From contig JBEKFP010000002.1 in NCBI GenBank assembly GCA_050013255.1, positions 576,001-640,000 on the forward strand: 64,000 nt of DNA, in the 5' to 3' direction. Both the position numbers and the translations under genes were made by a program. The notes below the pieces were generated by a model. That model was given only the letters and a program-made list of their open reading frames with translations, was not told where the DNA came from and ran no database searches. Positions 47,823 to 57,506 of this stretch are shown here, piece after piece (the first letter of the stretch is position 1; each line of letters starts with the position of its first letter). This DNA comes from Candidatus Bathyarchaeia archaeon. GTDB lineage: Archaea > Thermoproteota > Bathyarchaeia > 40CM-2-53-6.

Positions 47823-48854
47823 TCAATACTTGATGCGTGGGTCCAGGAACGCGTAGAGAATGTCCACTCCCAAGTTAGCGAGGACCAGCATCAACGCCGT
47901 TATGAGAGTGAATCCCATTATCAGTGGAGCGTCGTTTCTTCCAATCGCATCTACCGCCAACCTCCCCATTCCCGGCCATCCAAATACTGTCTCAGTTAGA
48001 GGGGCTCCGCCAAGTAATCCTGCAATTGCTAAGCCTGCCACGGTCACTGTCGGTATCATCGCATTCTTGAGCGCATGTCTGTAAATCACTACTCGTTCAG
48101 GCAATCCTTTCGAGCGAGCCAGGATTATGTAATCCTGTCGAAGAACCTCAAGCATGCTTGAGCGCATTATCCTCATCACTATTCCCAATGATATGAAACC
48201 CAAGGCGAAGGAGGGCAATACTACGTGTGCAAGTGAGTCTTCGAACATTACCCAATTACCGGTGAGTAAAGTGTCCAACACCGGGAGTCCAGTAATCGTT
48301 GTGATTGGGTGATTGAGCACTAAGGTTGTGTCGATTATTCCGTTTGAAGGCAAATGTGGGAGACCAAGTTGCGCGAAATAATAGAAGAATACTAGCTGAA
48401 GGATTAAGCCAAGCCAGAATACGGGCGTCGAAACGCCAGTTAACGCCACGAGTCTTGAAATGTGGTCCGGAGCCTTGTTATTCTTCAATGCTGAGATGAT
48501 TCCAGCAGGTATTCCAACAACCAGAGTCCAAAGGATGGCTGCTATTGTCAGCTCAATAGTTGCAGGAAATCTTTGTGAGAGCGCTTGCAAAACCGGCTCA
48601 GACAATGATCGCGAGAAACCCCAATCGCCCCTCAGAAGATTCCACACATAGACAGCGTACCGTATGGGCCAAGGGTCATTAAGATGATAATACGCGATGA
48701 TCATAGGAATCGATTCTATTCGGGTCTTGTCCGTGAGGTATAGAGCCAGTGGATCCATCAAGACCTGGGAAAGAAAGAATATGATGAGCGTTACACCAAT
48801 TAGCACGAAGACCAGAAGAAACAAGCGACGGAGGACGTATTCCCACAGCTTCAT
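47823..48854 (-). CDS. Peptide ABC transporter permease (OppB/DppB)
   Basis: RFPATIEL, ARSKGL, HALKNA, DILYAFLDPRI. Confidence 0.92.
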   Translation of the reverse strand: MKLWEYVLRRLFLLVFVLIGVTLIIFFLSQVLMDPLALYLTDKTRIESIPMIIAYYHLNDPWPIRYAVYVWNLLRGDWGFSRSLSEPVLQALSQRFPATIELTIAAILWTLVVGIPAGIISALKNNKAPDHISRLVALTGVSTPVFWLGLILQLVFFYYFAQLGLPHLPSNGIIDTTLVLNHPITTITGLPVLDTLLTGNWVMFEDSLAHVVLPSFALGFISLGIVMRIMRSSMLEVLRQDYIILARSKGLPERVVIYRHALKNAMIPTVTVAGLAIAGLLGGAPLTETVFGWPGMGRLAVDAIGRNDAPLIMGFTLITALMLVLANLGVDILYAFLDPRIKY

Positions 48855-49087
48855 GACACGCTCACCAGTCGACCGAGTTAGAGATTGGTGGTTCTTAATA
48901 ATGAAGTTAATAGATGCGAGGGGGGTAAGAAGTTAGGATCATAGAACTTCCTATCGCACTTAGTTTCGACGCTCTTAGCGCAGATAGAATTAGTCAGCCA
49001 AACGCTTAACGATCAGGCGGCTTGAGATCAGAGGCAGAAACTCTAAAAGGCGAACTCGAAGATGTGTTCTTCCGCATTTGGTGAACT

Positions 49088-49435
49088 ATGGCTTCCGTAA
49101 TTCTTGCAATCCTAAGGAAATCTATTCTGCTTGCGTGTGTGATCATGTTTGCCGACGCAGTCGGAGTTACGGTAGGGTCAATCATGCTAAAACTGAACTT
49201 GTTTCATTATTATACCCTCATAGTGTTGGGACAAGCTGGCCTCTTGTTCTTGGTTGGAGGAGGCTTGGACGTAGGGCGGTCTCTTGGGTTCGCGAGGATA
49301 GCTCATCGTGTAAACAGAACGAAGAGTTGGACCTTCAGTGAACATAAGCAGGCACAACAGAGAGCTGCTCCATACATTGTCACCGGGATTTTGCTCCTCG
49401 TGCTTAGCTTCATTCTTGCCTACCCACTAAACTGA
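49088..49435 (+). CDS. Small membrane protein
   Basis: Three hydrophobic segments. Confidence 0.55.
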   Translation: MASVILAILRKSILLACVIMFADAVGVTVGSIMLKLNLFHYYTLIVLGQAGLLFLVGGGLDVGRSLGFARIAHRVNRTKSWTFSEHKQAQQRAAPYIVTGILLLVLSFILAYPLN

Positions 49436-49475
49436 AAAGGTCGAAATTTCGGACACTCTGCCACTCTTCCCGATG

Positions 49476-49881
49476 TTAAGGTTCTTGACTAACATACTTG
49501 CGTTCCGCAGCATCGTGAAGAGCGACGATGCTTCCGCCATGCCTATTCACTATAATGGCGTACTTGATTTTCCAGTCCTCACCGTAGCCTTTGAGGACCT
49601 TAAACACGTAATCTAAGTACTCTTCTCGACAAATTCAGTGATACAGCGCGGTCCTTGAAGCGCCGAGTGTGTCTGTATGATATCGTAGGACCAACCAGGA
49701 CTCGATCCCCAGCGATTCTATAAACTTCTTCCGCCGTTCTCTCTGGTATAATCACGTCCGCGGCCACACTACAATGTGGGGCCATGAGTTTTAATTGTTC
49801 CAACAGAAGCAACGTATCGATCTTGCCGATGACTTGCAAAGTCTTGGTGTTATTCAATTCTTTAAGCGCATATGCCCTCAT
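49476..49881 (-). pseudogene. Frameshifted creatininase / creatinine amidohydrolase-family pseudogene
   Basis: Across frames: VGTIKTHGP/HCSVAADVIIPE, VLVGPTISY, YLDYVFKVLKG..IIVNRHGGS; truncated. Confidence 0.72.
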
Positions 49882-49987
49882 CGAGTGGGAGAGCGAAACA
49901 AGTCAATGGGATTTCGTTTTGTTTCTCTAACAGAATGTTACGTGTGAGAATCCTCGCGCAAATCTGTGCAGTCGTGGTAGTGCAAAG

Positions 49988-51178
49988 TTAGGTGGCTAAG
50001 CTGTGGAGCTTTCCTCTTCTAATCACACAGGTTATGTTCTTGGGAGAGATCGCTTCAATATCGTTCAATGGATTGCCTTTAACGACCACAAGGTCCGCAT
50101 CATATCCCTTCTCAATTCGTCCTGTCGTGGCTAGACCTAAACATTCAGCTGCGGCGGCTGTGGCAGCTATGAGTGCTTCCCTATTTCCAATCAGGCTGGC
50201 GAGGCCGACTATCTCTCGGTAGTTTTCTCCGTGCCGTAGCGTATCTCCCGTGTAGTCAGATCCGGAAACTATTTTGAGACCGAATTCTTTCGCGATTCTC
50301 ATGTCTTCTGTACAGTGCCGCTTAACGAGCGCGGCGCTTTCGGCGCTTCGGTTCGGGTTCGGTGTGAGATATATGCTGATTGTTGGCACGTAATAGATTC
50401 CGTTATCTTTGATCCCTTTAGCGATTTCAGGGGTTAGGCCTATTCCATGTTCGATGGAATCCACGCCGGCTTCAACCACGTTGCTCATGGCTTCTTCGCC
50501 ATAAGCATGGGCTGCAACTTTGAGTTCGGCTGAATGTGCTTCTTCAACGATTGCCTTGAGCTCTTCGACTGTGAACTGAGCTCTAACCTTTCGTCCCTGG
50601 GCGAAGCTACCGGAAGCGTATACCTTGACGACTTCCGCCCCGTCTCTCACGACTTTTCTAACCGCTTTCCGGCAGTCCCAAGGACCATCACAGTAATACG
50701 AGTAGGATAGTTGCTGGGCAACGTGGATGGGTAAGAGTGTTGGATCGTCATCTCCTCCAGTTTGGGCCAACGATTTTGAGGCTGAGATGATTCTCGGCCC
50801 TTGAATCAGTCCTTCTCTCTCAGCTAAACTCAAGTAAGAGCCGGCTTTGCTGCCCAAATCTCGTACAGCAGTGAAACCTGCTCGCAGCAGATGTTCCATG
50901 TCAGCTACGCCTCTAAGGGCAGTAAGAGTTTCTGGGACTACAACCCAATCTGTGAGGCTGTGCTTTTGGGATCCGAAAAAATGTAGGTGAGCGTCTATCA
51001 AGCCTGGAAGAATGGCCCCGTCTTTTACTGCAATCACCTGCGCTCCTCTTGGCTCGTCCACCTCTCCCGTCTGTCCAACGTTCGTGATCTTCCCGTTCAA
51101 CCTATCAAGAACTATAACTCCGTTATCGAGCAATTCGACTCCACTGAATACTGGCCCTTTCAAAACAAGACTTGACAT
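49988..51178 (-). CDS. Metal-dependent amidohydrolase (Xaa-Pro dipeptidase-like)
   Basis: PGLIDAHLH, VAAHA, SIEHG, GSD, ADLVVV. Confidence 0.88.
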   Translation of the reverse strand: MSSLVLKGPVFSGVELLDNGVIVLDRLNGKITNVGQTGEVDEPRGAQVIAVKDGAILPGLIDAHLHFFGSQKHSLTDWVVVPETLTALRGVADMEHLLRAGFTAVRDLGSKAGSYLSLAEREGLIQGPRIISASKSLAQTGGDDDPTLLPIHVAQQLSYSYYCDGPWDCRKAVRKVVRDGAEVVKVYASGSFAQGRKVRAQFTVEELKAIVEEAHSAELKVAAHAYGEEAMSNVVEAGVDSIEHGIGLTPEIAKGIKDNGIYYVPTISIYLTPNPNRSAESAALVKRHCTEDMRIAKEFGLKIVSGSDYTGDTLRHGENYREIVGLASLIGNREALIAATAAAAECLGLATTGRIEKGYDADLVVVKGNPLNDIEAISPKNITCVIRRGKLHSLAT

Positions 51179-51232
51179 GACCGATCTCTTCTTCGAAGTG
51201 AGGTAAAGAAAGTGAGGTGTTCCAGGTCCAGC

Positions 51233-53317
51233 CTAGAACGCCTTCTTTGAGGATAACACTATTGCAGGCAGCTCAATCAGATTTAGGAAGCGACTTAGAG
51301 CTAGGAACGATACTCGCGTTGCGCTTGAGGAAGGTGATATTTGGTCTCCTTTCTGAAGCTCAAATAGGAAGTAGCCGTACATCGCTGGGTTATTGTGTTC
51401 GATTCCCGAAGCGACGGAAGCGCCTGCACGTTCATGTACCCACGACCTGGAGAGCGAATATGCTGCTCCATAATTGAGCCACACGTAGGCGTAGTCTTCG
51501 TTCACCAGTTGTTGGATTTGGTTAATGAGTTGCAGTCGTTGTGCCGGGTCGATGGTCTTTGCCTGTTCGGTAATCAGCTGATCGACCTTGGGATTGTCGT
51601 AGCTCATTGTGGGTGGATAGTAACCTACGTTGCCCAATGCGAAGGGCACTAGAAAGTCATCGGGGTCGACGTAGTCAACGTACCATGCTAGGAAGAAGGC
51701 TTGAAGTCGATGTTGGTGCCGTAGGGCATGGAGCTGAGGACCTGCAATTCCAACAACTGTAGCGGAGAGCCCTGTGTCTGAGGACATGCTATTTATCGAG
51801 GTGGCGAGCAGTGTTGCTGCTGCCTCGTCAGCAGCGTAGCCTATGATGTATTCGAATTCCACGGATTTCTGATTCTGGGGGCTGAACGCATTACCTGGAG
51901 TGATTGGGTTTGCGCCCGCGTCGAGCAGCAGTTGCTTGGCTGTGTCGAGATTGTATGGGGTTGGTTGAATAGCTTGGTTATAGCCGAACATGCCTGGAGG
52001 GATCATCTGTGACGCTGGTACGCCAAAGTCCTGTAACACGTCGTGAAGGTGTGATGTCCTGTTGAAGGCTAGCGTGAAGGCTTTTCGTATTCTTACATCC
52101 GAGAAGGGCTGGAACGCTACAGGGTTTCCATCTGCCCCGCGAATCTTCTGGTTGAAGCCGATGACCATTGTGCTGAATTGTGGCCAGAGTCCATCTGCTG
52201 GAAACAGTTGATAGTCAGGGCTTAGCGAGACTAGTTTGTGTTGAGTGAACCACGCATTCTTGTCGGCAAATTGGAAGATAAGCCCGCCGGCCATGATTGA
52301 TGTGATGCTTACTGGAAGGCCGATAATGTCGGCTGTTCCGGTTTTGAAGTCAAGGATTCTTGTGTTCGGGTCATCAACACCCTTTACGATCACATTCTTT
52401 ATGGGTGCTATGCCTCTGTTGTAGGGGCCTCCCCAGTAATGTTCGTTCCGAACCATGACGACGGTCTGCGTTTCCTTATCCCATGATTGGAGCACGTATG
52501 GGCCTGAGCCCACCGCATTCGTGCTGGCCCAAGGATTCAACTGGTCGCTGTAGTCGCCGCCTGTGGCACCTTCAATGTAGCCTGTGCCATCAGTCGGGGC
52601 AGTCCAATGTGCCTTGTATGCTGTGGGACTGACGATGGCTGTGACCGTGAAAGCCATTACGAACGGCCAGCCCGCGTAAGGTCGTTCCAAGTGGAGAGCA
52701 ACCGTTTGAGAGTCTATAACTTCCACTGCTTTAGCGTTGACGAAGTCGTTCACTTCGGCTTGGGTGTATTTGTCACCGTAGCCGTTGGTAGCGCTGGGTC
52801 CAGCGTTATTGTATGATTTACTATAGTTTTGGCCGCCGCGCAGGACTTGTAGCATCGCCCAAGCCGGTCCGTTTGGGTCGTCAATGATCATGGCGCGCAT
52901 TAGGCTGAAGTACACTGCGTTCGCGTCGACTGGGGTTCCGTCACTGAAAGTGATCCCGCTACGTAGATGAAACGTGTAAGTCAACCCATCAGGGGTGGCA
53001 TCGTATGACTGCGCCAACCAAGGAACAACGTGACTAGCGTTATCCCCTGCGAAGAACAGCAACTGTTCGTACAGGTTCTGGATGACATTGGCACCGCGGA
53101 TTTCGTAGTCAATCGCTGGGTCAAGAGTGTCAGGTTGCCCAATTGTCTCAACAGTGAGAGTATCCGGATTAGGGACAGAAACGGCGCTTTGGGTGATTGG
53201 TCCAGTAATTCCGCTTTGTTTAGCGGTGATGTAAGCTCCGGCTGCAACTGCAACTATTACGATTACGATGACGATAGCTGCCTGAACTTTCGAGATCGCT
53301 CGATTTGATATTTTCAA
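51233..53317 (-). CDS. Peptide ABC transporter substrate-binding protein (family 5)
   Basis: TLDPA, YTFHLRSGITFSDG, VGSGPY, DVRIRKAF; N-terminal class III-like signal/TM. Confidence 0.9.
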   Translation of the reverse strand: MKISNRAISKVQAAIVIVIVIVAVAAGAYITAKQSGITGPITQSAVSVPNPDTLTVETIGQPDTLDPAIDYEIRGANVIQNLYEQLLFFAGDNASHVVPWLAQSYDATPDGLTYTFHLRSGITFSDGTPVDANAVYFSLMRAMIIDDPNGPAWAMLQVLRGGQNYSKSYNNAGPSATNGYGDKYTQAEVNDFVNAKAVEVIDSQTVALHLERPYAGWPFVMAFTVTAIVSPTAYKAHWTAPTDGTGYIEGATGGDYSDQLNPWASTNAVGSGPYVLQSWDKETQTVVMVRNEHYWGGPYNRGIAPIKNVIVKGVDDPNTRILDFKTGTADIIGLPVSITSIMAGGLIFQFADKNAWFTQHKLVSLSPDYQLFPADGLWPQFSTMVIGFNQKIRGADGNPVAFQPFSDVRIRKAFTLAFNRTSHLHDVLQDFGVPASQMIPPGMFGYNQAIQPTPYNLDTAKQLLLDAGANPITPGNAFSPQNQKSVEFEYIIGYAADEAAATLLATSINSMSSDTGLSATVVGIAGPQLHALRHQHRLQAFFLAWYVDYVDPDDFLVPFALGNVGYYPPTMSYDNPKVDQLITEQAKTIDPAQRLQLINQIQQLVNEDYAYVWLNYGAAYSLSRSWVHERAGASVASGIEHNNPAMYGYFLFELQKGDQISPSSSATRVSFLALSRFLNLIELPAIVLSSKKAF

Positions 53318-53536
53318 AAACCTCCTAAGCGCGTAAACGTTCTAGTTGAGTACAAAGAGTTTTCTAGCGGTCTTTAACGTTCCCAAAAACAGTTCGTACA
53401 GTAAATAGTGTAATTAGGATAATTAGTGTAATTGAAACGCGGCACACTGGTGAAGGCATCGAGGTACGCTAACGAATCAATGCGCCTTTATGAACTCGGA
53501 ACCACTAATTTCTATCACAACCAAGAGGCATGAAAC

Positions 53537-55048
53537 GTGTTTAGAATCGAATCGAAGCCATTTCATGAAATCAAGACTGAAGTACTCGTCGTTAACATAT
53601 TCCAGGATGAAAGCAAGCTCCCAGAGGATCTCATGAGGCTTGATGAGAAGTCTAACGGTATCATCAGCGGATCCTTTAGAGATGGGTCTTTGTCTGGAAA
53701 GTTATGTGAGGTAGCAAGCTTCCATCGACCCCCAGGCTTGTCAATCAATAGACTTCTGCTCGTTGGAGCCGGTACGAAACACGACTTCAACTTTGAGGTT
53801 GCATGTCAGCTAGCTGGTACCGCTGCGCGTCACGTCCACAAGACTGGAATTCGTGAGATTGCGTTCTTGATGCGAGGTGAGTTATTGGCGGAACGGCGAG
53901 GACAGGCGTGTGTTGAGGGAACACTTCTGGGAGTCTTTGAAATGGGGAAGTATAAGACTAGAGATTCTGCGAAACTAGCACTTCATTCAATTGTACTTCT
54001 TCCGAGCAGAGCGGGCGAGGAGAATGAGCTCAGGAAGGGGGCGGAGCGGGGGCGCATTTACGCAGAGGCTACGAATTACGCCAGGGATCTTGTGAACGAG
54101 CCGTCCAACATCCTTACTCCCACACGTCTTGCTGAAAAAGCCGTGGCTCTCGCGAAGGAGTTTGGCATGCAGGCCGATGTTCTCGGACCAGATCAGATGA
54201 GGGAGATTGGGCTGAACGCTCTCCTGAGCGTTGGAAAGGGTAGCCATGAGCCTCCACAGCTTTGCGTTGTAAGATACCAAGGAGGCGATGCGCAATCATC
54301 AGCCATTGCATTAGTCGGCAAAGGGTTAACATTCGATTCTGGTGGAATAAGCCTGAAAGATCCTGATGGAATGCAGTACATGAAATATGATATGGCGGGC
54401 GGTGCCGCAGTCTTAGGAGCGCTGAGAATAGTTGGAGAGCTCAAACCCAAGATCAATGTTCTCGGAATCGTTGCTGCTGCGGAGAATTTGCCTGGGGGAG
54501 GAGCACAGAAGCCTGGTGATGTTGTCAAGACTTTCAACGGGAAGACAATTGAGGTTGTCAATACTGATGCTGAAGGAAGACTCGTTTTAGCCGACGCAAT
54601 TTCCTACGCTCAGCATCTAGGCGCAACCCATATTGTTGACATCGCGACATTAACCGGATCGTGTGTCATTGCACTTGGCGACATCACTACGGGGGCTATG
54701 ACTAATGATGAAAAGTGGGCAGCGCAAGTTTTGAAAGCCGCGGCATATGCTGGCGAAAAAGTGTGGCTACTGCCAATGTTTCCAGAGTACCGAGAGTTAA
54801 TTGAGAGCGAAATTGCTGATGTGGCAAACATCGCCAATAGAAAAGTCGCTCACAGCGGAGTCAGCCCAGCGGGCGCAACAGTCGGCGCGATGTTCCTAAG
54901 GGAATTTGCTGAAGAGACAAGCTGGGTCCACCTGGACATAGCTGGAACCGCATGGAACTCTAGGAGGATACCCTACCTAGCAATTGGCCCAACGGGAGTC
55001 GGAGTGAGAACATTAGCTTCTCTAATTATCTCTAAAACGCAGGAATGA
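53537..55048 (+). CDS. pepA: Leucyl aminopeptidase (M17)
   Basis: VGKGLTFDSGG, MKYDMAG, NTDAEGRL, HLDIAG. Confidence 0.93.
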   Translation: MFRIESKPFHEIKTEVLVVNIFQDESKLPEDLMRLDEKSNGIISGSFRDGSLSGKLCEVASFHRPPGLSINRLLLVGAGTKHDFNFEVACQLAGTAARHVHKTGIREIAFLMRGELLAERRGQACVEGTLLGVFEMGKYKTRDSAKLALHSIVLLPSRAGEENELRKGAERGRIYAEATNYARDLVNEPSNILTPTRLAEKAVALAKEFGMQADVLGPDQMREIGLNALLSVGKGSHEPPQLCVVRYQGGDAQSSAIALVGKGLTFDSGGISLKDPDGMQYMKYDMAGGAAVLGALRIVGELKPKINVLGIVAAAENLPGGGAQKPGDVVKTFNGKTIEVVNTDAEGRLVLADAISYAQHLGATHIVDIATLTGSCVIALGDITTGAMTNDEKWAAQVLKAAAYAGEKVWLLPMFPEYRELIESEIADVANIANRKVAHSGVSPAGATVGAMFLREFAEETSWVHLDIAGTAWNSRRIPYLAIGPTGVGVRTLASLIISKTQE

Positions 55049-55156
55049 AAAATACGAGAAGGATACGGAACTCAGCGAACCTTTAGATGCTGAAACCGTT
55101 CTTGGGAGCAACCCTACCGCAAGCATGTCCTATGACGCGGCTATCGTTGAATCATA

Positions 55157-55315
55157 CAAATCATGGATGAGGCCTTCCCAAGTGTAAATGAGGAGACACC
55201 GCTGTCAATGGTTTCCACCCTCCTGCAGTACTCGCCCGCCGTCCTAGTCACGAAGCGGGGGCATGTTCAAGGCATAATTACTAAAGCCGACCTATTGAAA
55301 GTCATTGGCGCCTAG
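55157..55315 (+). pseudogene. Orphan C-terminal CBS-domain fragment (archaeal HTH-CBS regulator type)
   Basis: QIMDEAFPSVNEETPLSMVSTLLQYSPAVLVTKRGHVQGIITKADLLKV*; no upstream HTH or first CBS. Confidence 0.7.
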
Positions 55316-56595
55316 TTTGATTTTCCCTTCGCGGCCGCTACGATCGTGACGATGTCCCGGTCTTTCAACTTATAATCTGCAGGCAACCGAATCTTGGTTC
55401 GCGCGTCAACCGCGTAAAGCATAGTCTTCGCCAAATCGGTATGGACTTGGCCTGCCAGGTCGCCGACTGAAGCGTTGTAGGGAACGAGGAAGACGTCGGG
55501 GAGCACGTTGCCTTTCCTGTCAGCTAATCTTTCAATATCCTCGACTGGGTAGACAACGTTCATACTTAACAGCTTGAAGACGCAGGTGTTGAGTGCGAAC
55601 TGCACGCCTGTTCGAATCCATTTCGAGAAAACACGCTGCTCAACATAGGTCAAGGCCGCCCTCTGCTCAGCCGTCAACTTATCCTTGTCTTTGACCCTGA
55701 AAACTTCCTCGCCGGGAATGTACTCAACGTAACCTTTCTGCTCCGCGCGGCGTAAAGCTAATTCCGCGTCACTCGACGCGGGGAGTACGAATGCCTGGCC
55801 AAATTCCTTCACGAGGTTCACGTAATTCTTATCCGCGGGTGCGAGGTCCATCTTGTTCGCGATTATGTGGGTCGGCTTCGAGATTTGCCTAATACTCTTC
55901 GCGAAGCCCCAAACGTCTTCATGGCTCCACCGCCCGAGGTCTTTGTCTGCAAGGGCGTTCTCCTCCAAAGCCCTCGCAACATGTTCGCCGGTAATCTTCA
56001 GCCCAGCTAGGTCCTGCGTGAAGAGCCGGTCAACGGACGAACCTTTCTTGGCATGTTTTTTTAATTTCTTGATGGCCTTCTCAACTATTTTGGCGAACCA
56101 GCGAACCAACTCTTCTTCAATGTCGTAGACGTCAGCGACAGGGTTCCCCATCCCCGGCTTTGTGAGTTTTCCATCCGCGTCCACGCTACCCGACGCGTCC
56201 GCTATGTGGATGAGAGCATCCGCTTGTGATGCTACGCTCAGGAATTGCGTACCGAGGCCCTTTCCCTTCCATGAACCTTTGATTAGGCCGGGCAGGTCGA
56301 TGAGCTGGACGGGGATGAACCGAGCGCCTTCGATGCAAGATGAATTCCTAGGATTATCCTTGACACCCATCTCTCTGCACACGCAGATCGTCTTGACGTA
56401 CGCTTGGCCAACTTTTGGTTTCTTGGTCGTGAAGGGGTAGGTTGAGACGGGAGCGCTGAGTAGGGTTGCCGCGTTGAAGAAGGTGGTTTTCCCCGCGTTG
56501 GTTTTCCCGATGAGCCCAATCTTGAGCAAGGGCGATCGGCTAGAATTCTCGCTTTGCGGTATCACTACTTGACGGGCCTCACCGGAATCAGCCAA
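55312..56595 (-). CDS. Obg/YchF-related GTPase (archaeal Ygr210 type) with TGS domain
   Basis: GKTNAGKTT, YPFTT, DLPG, NKMD, C-terminal HTDL..LKDRDIV. Confidence 0.9.
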   Translation of the reverse strand: MADSGEARQVVIPQSENSSRSPLLKIGLIGKTNAGKTTFFNAATLLSAPVSTYPFTTKKPKVGQAYVKTICVCREMGVKDNPRNSSCIEGARFIPVQLIDLPGLIKGSWKGKGLGTQFLSVASQADALIHIADASGSVDADGKLTKPGMGNPVADVYDIEEELVRWFAKIVEKAIKKLKKHAKKGSSVDRLFTQDLAGLKITGEHVARALEENALADKDLGRWSHEDVWGFAKSIRQISKPTHIIANKMDLAPADKNYVNLVKEFGQAFVLPASSDAELALRRAEQKGYVEYIPGEEVFRVKDKDKLTAEQRAALTYVEQRVFSKWIRTGVQFALNTCVFKLLSMNVVYPVEDIERLADRKGNVLPDVFLVPYNASVGDLAGQVHTDLAKTMLYAVDARTKIRLPADYKLKDRDIVTIVAAAKGKSN

Positions 56596-56655
56596 AATCC
56601 ATATAGCAACTGGCTATGCGTGACTGGGATGGGGCCGCCTTGTCGGTTCCGATGT

Positions 56656-56884
56656 GGGGCCGTAGACACAGTGACCATTCGGGAGTGACGGGCTCTAGCC
56701 AGGGATGACGACAGGGACACGTTCCCGCCAAGGGCTCCAGAAGACCAAACCTTAACGGGTTTGCGGACCTGAACGGAATGACGAACTTCAGGAGCGAAGA
56801 AACCCGTAGACATGACGGCATGGCGGAAGTCGAGGGTTCAAAATGGTTCACCCCAGAACCATGAGAATCCCTTCGGCCCCACCA
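56656..56884 (+). tRNA. tRNA-Trp(CCA) with five introns (10/11, 28/29, 37/38, 45/46, 59/60)
   Basis: Exons 56656-65, 56694-712, 56732-40, 56802-09, 56829-42 and 56868-84 join to a 77-nt cloverleaf; each intron has BHB geometry. Confidence 0.88.
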
Positions 56885-56978
56885 CAATTTAGCACCGTTT
56901 ACTGTAAGTATGCAAAGTATTTTCTGTCAATCCTATACCAATAAACAGAGACCGCGGCATTTGCATCTCGTATGACCG

Positions 56979-57500
56979 TTGCCAAACCAGCCTTCGAACA
57001 GTTCCCAGCGCAGATTCAGTAGGCGAAACCTCCTGAAGGGGGCAGTCCTATTCGGGGCAGCGGCGCTACTACTCCCGCTGGAGAGACTTGGGCAGTTTCT
57101 ATTCGTTCCGCAAGAGACAGGGCCCCTAACCTACCCTAGGCTGCGAATAGCCAACACGAACGACGTTCCCACCAATGGAAGCCTACTCTTTGAATACCCT
57201 CACAAAGACCGACCGGCCGTCCTCATTCACTTGTCCGACGGTTTCGTGGCATTTGATTCAATTTGCACGCACCTCGGATGCCAAGTACACTACGACAAAA
57301 CGGTTGTAGCAGGATGGGAGAGCAAACCAAACCAGAACTTCTGTTCATGCCATGGCGGTGTCTTCGACCCTAAGACGGGAGAGGTGTTGGGCGGCCCGCC
57401 GCCGCGGTCTTTACCAAAGATCAAGCTCGAAATCGACAATCAAGGAGACATTTACGCGGACGGTTACGAAAGTGGCCTTCCCCTCTATGGTGAGGCTTGA
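56979..57500 (+). CDS. Rieske 2Fe-2S protein with Tat signal
   Basis: SRRNLLK, CTHLGC, CSCHGG. Confidence 0.92.
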   Translation: MPNQPSNSSQRRFSRRNLLKGAVLFGAAALLLPLERLGQFLFVPQETGPLTYPRLRIANTNDVPTNGSLLFEYPHKDRPAVLIHLSDGFVAFDSICTHLGCQVHYDKTVVAGWESKPNQNFCSCHGGVFDPKTGEVLGGPPPRSLPKIKLEIDNQGDIYADGYESGLPLYGEA

Positions 57501-57506
57501 AAGAAC

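Noticed and set aside
56600-56890. SRP RNA or RNase P RNA (about 300-nt GC-rich spacer), and the ORFs 56565-56813 and 56588-56887
   Set aside because: No SRP helix-8 or RNase P GAGGAAAGUCC motif; the region is fully explained by the multi-intron tRNA-Trp
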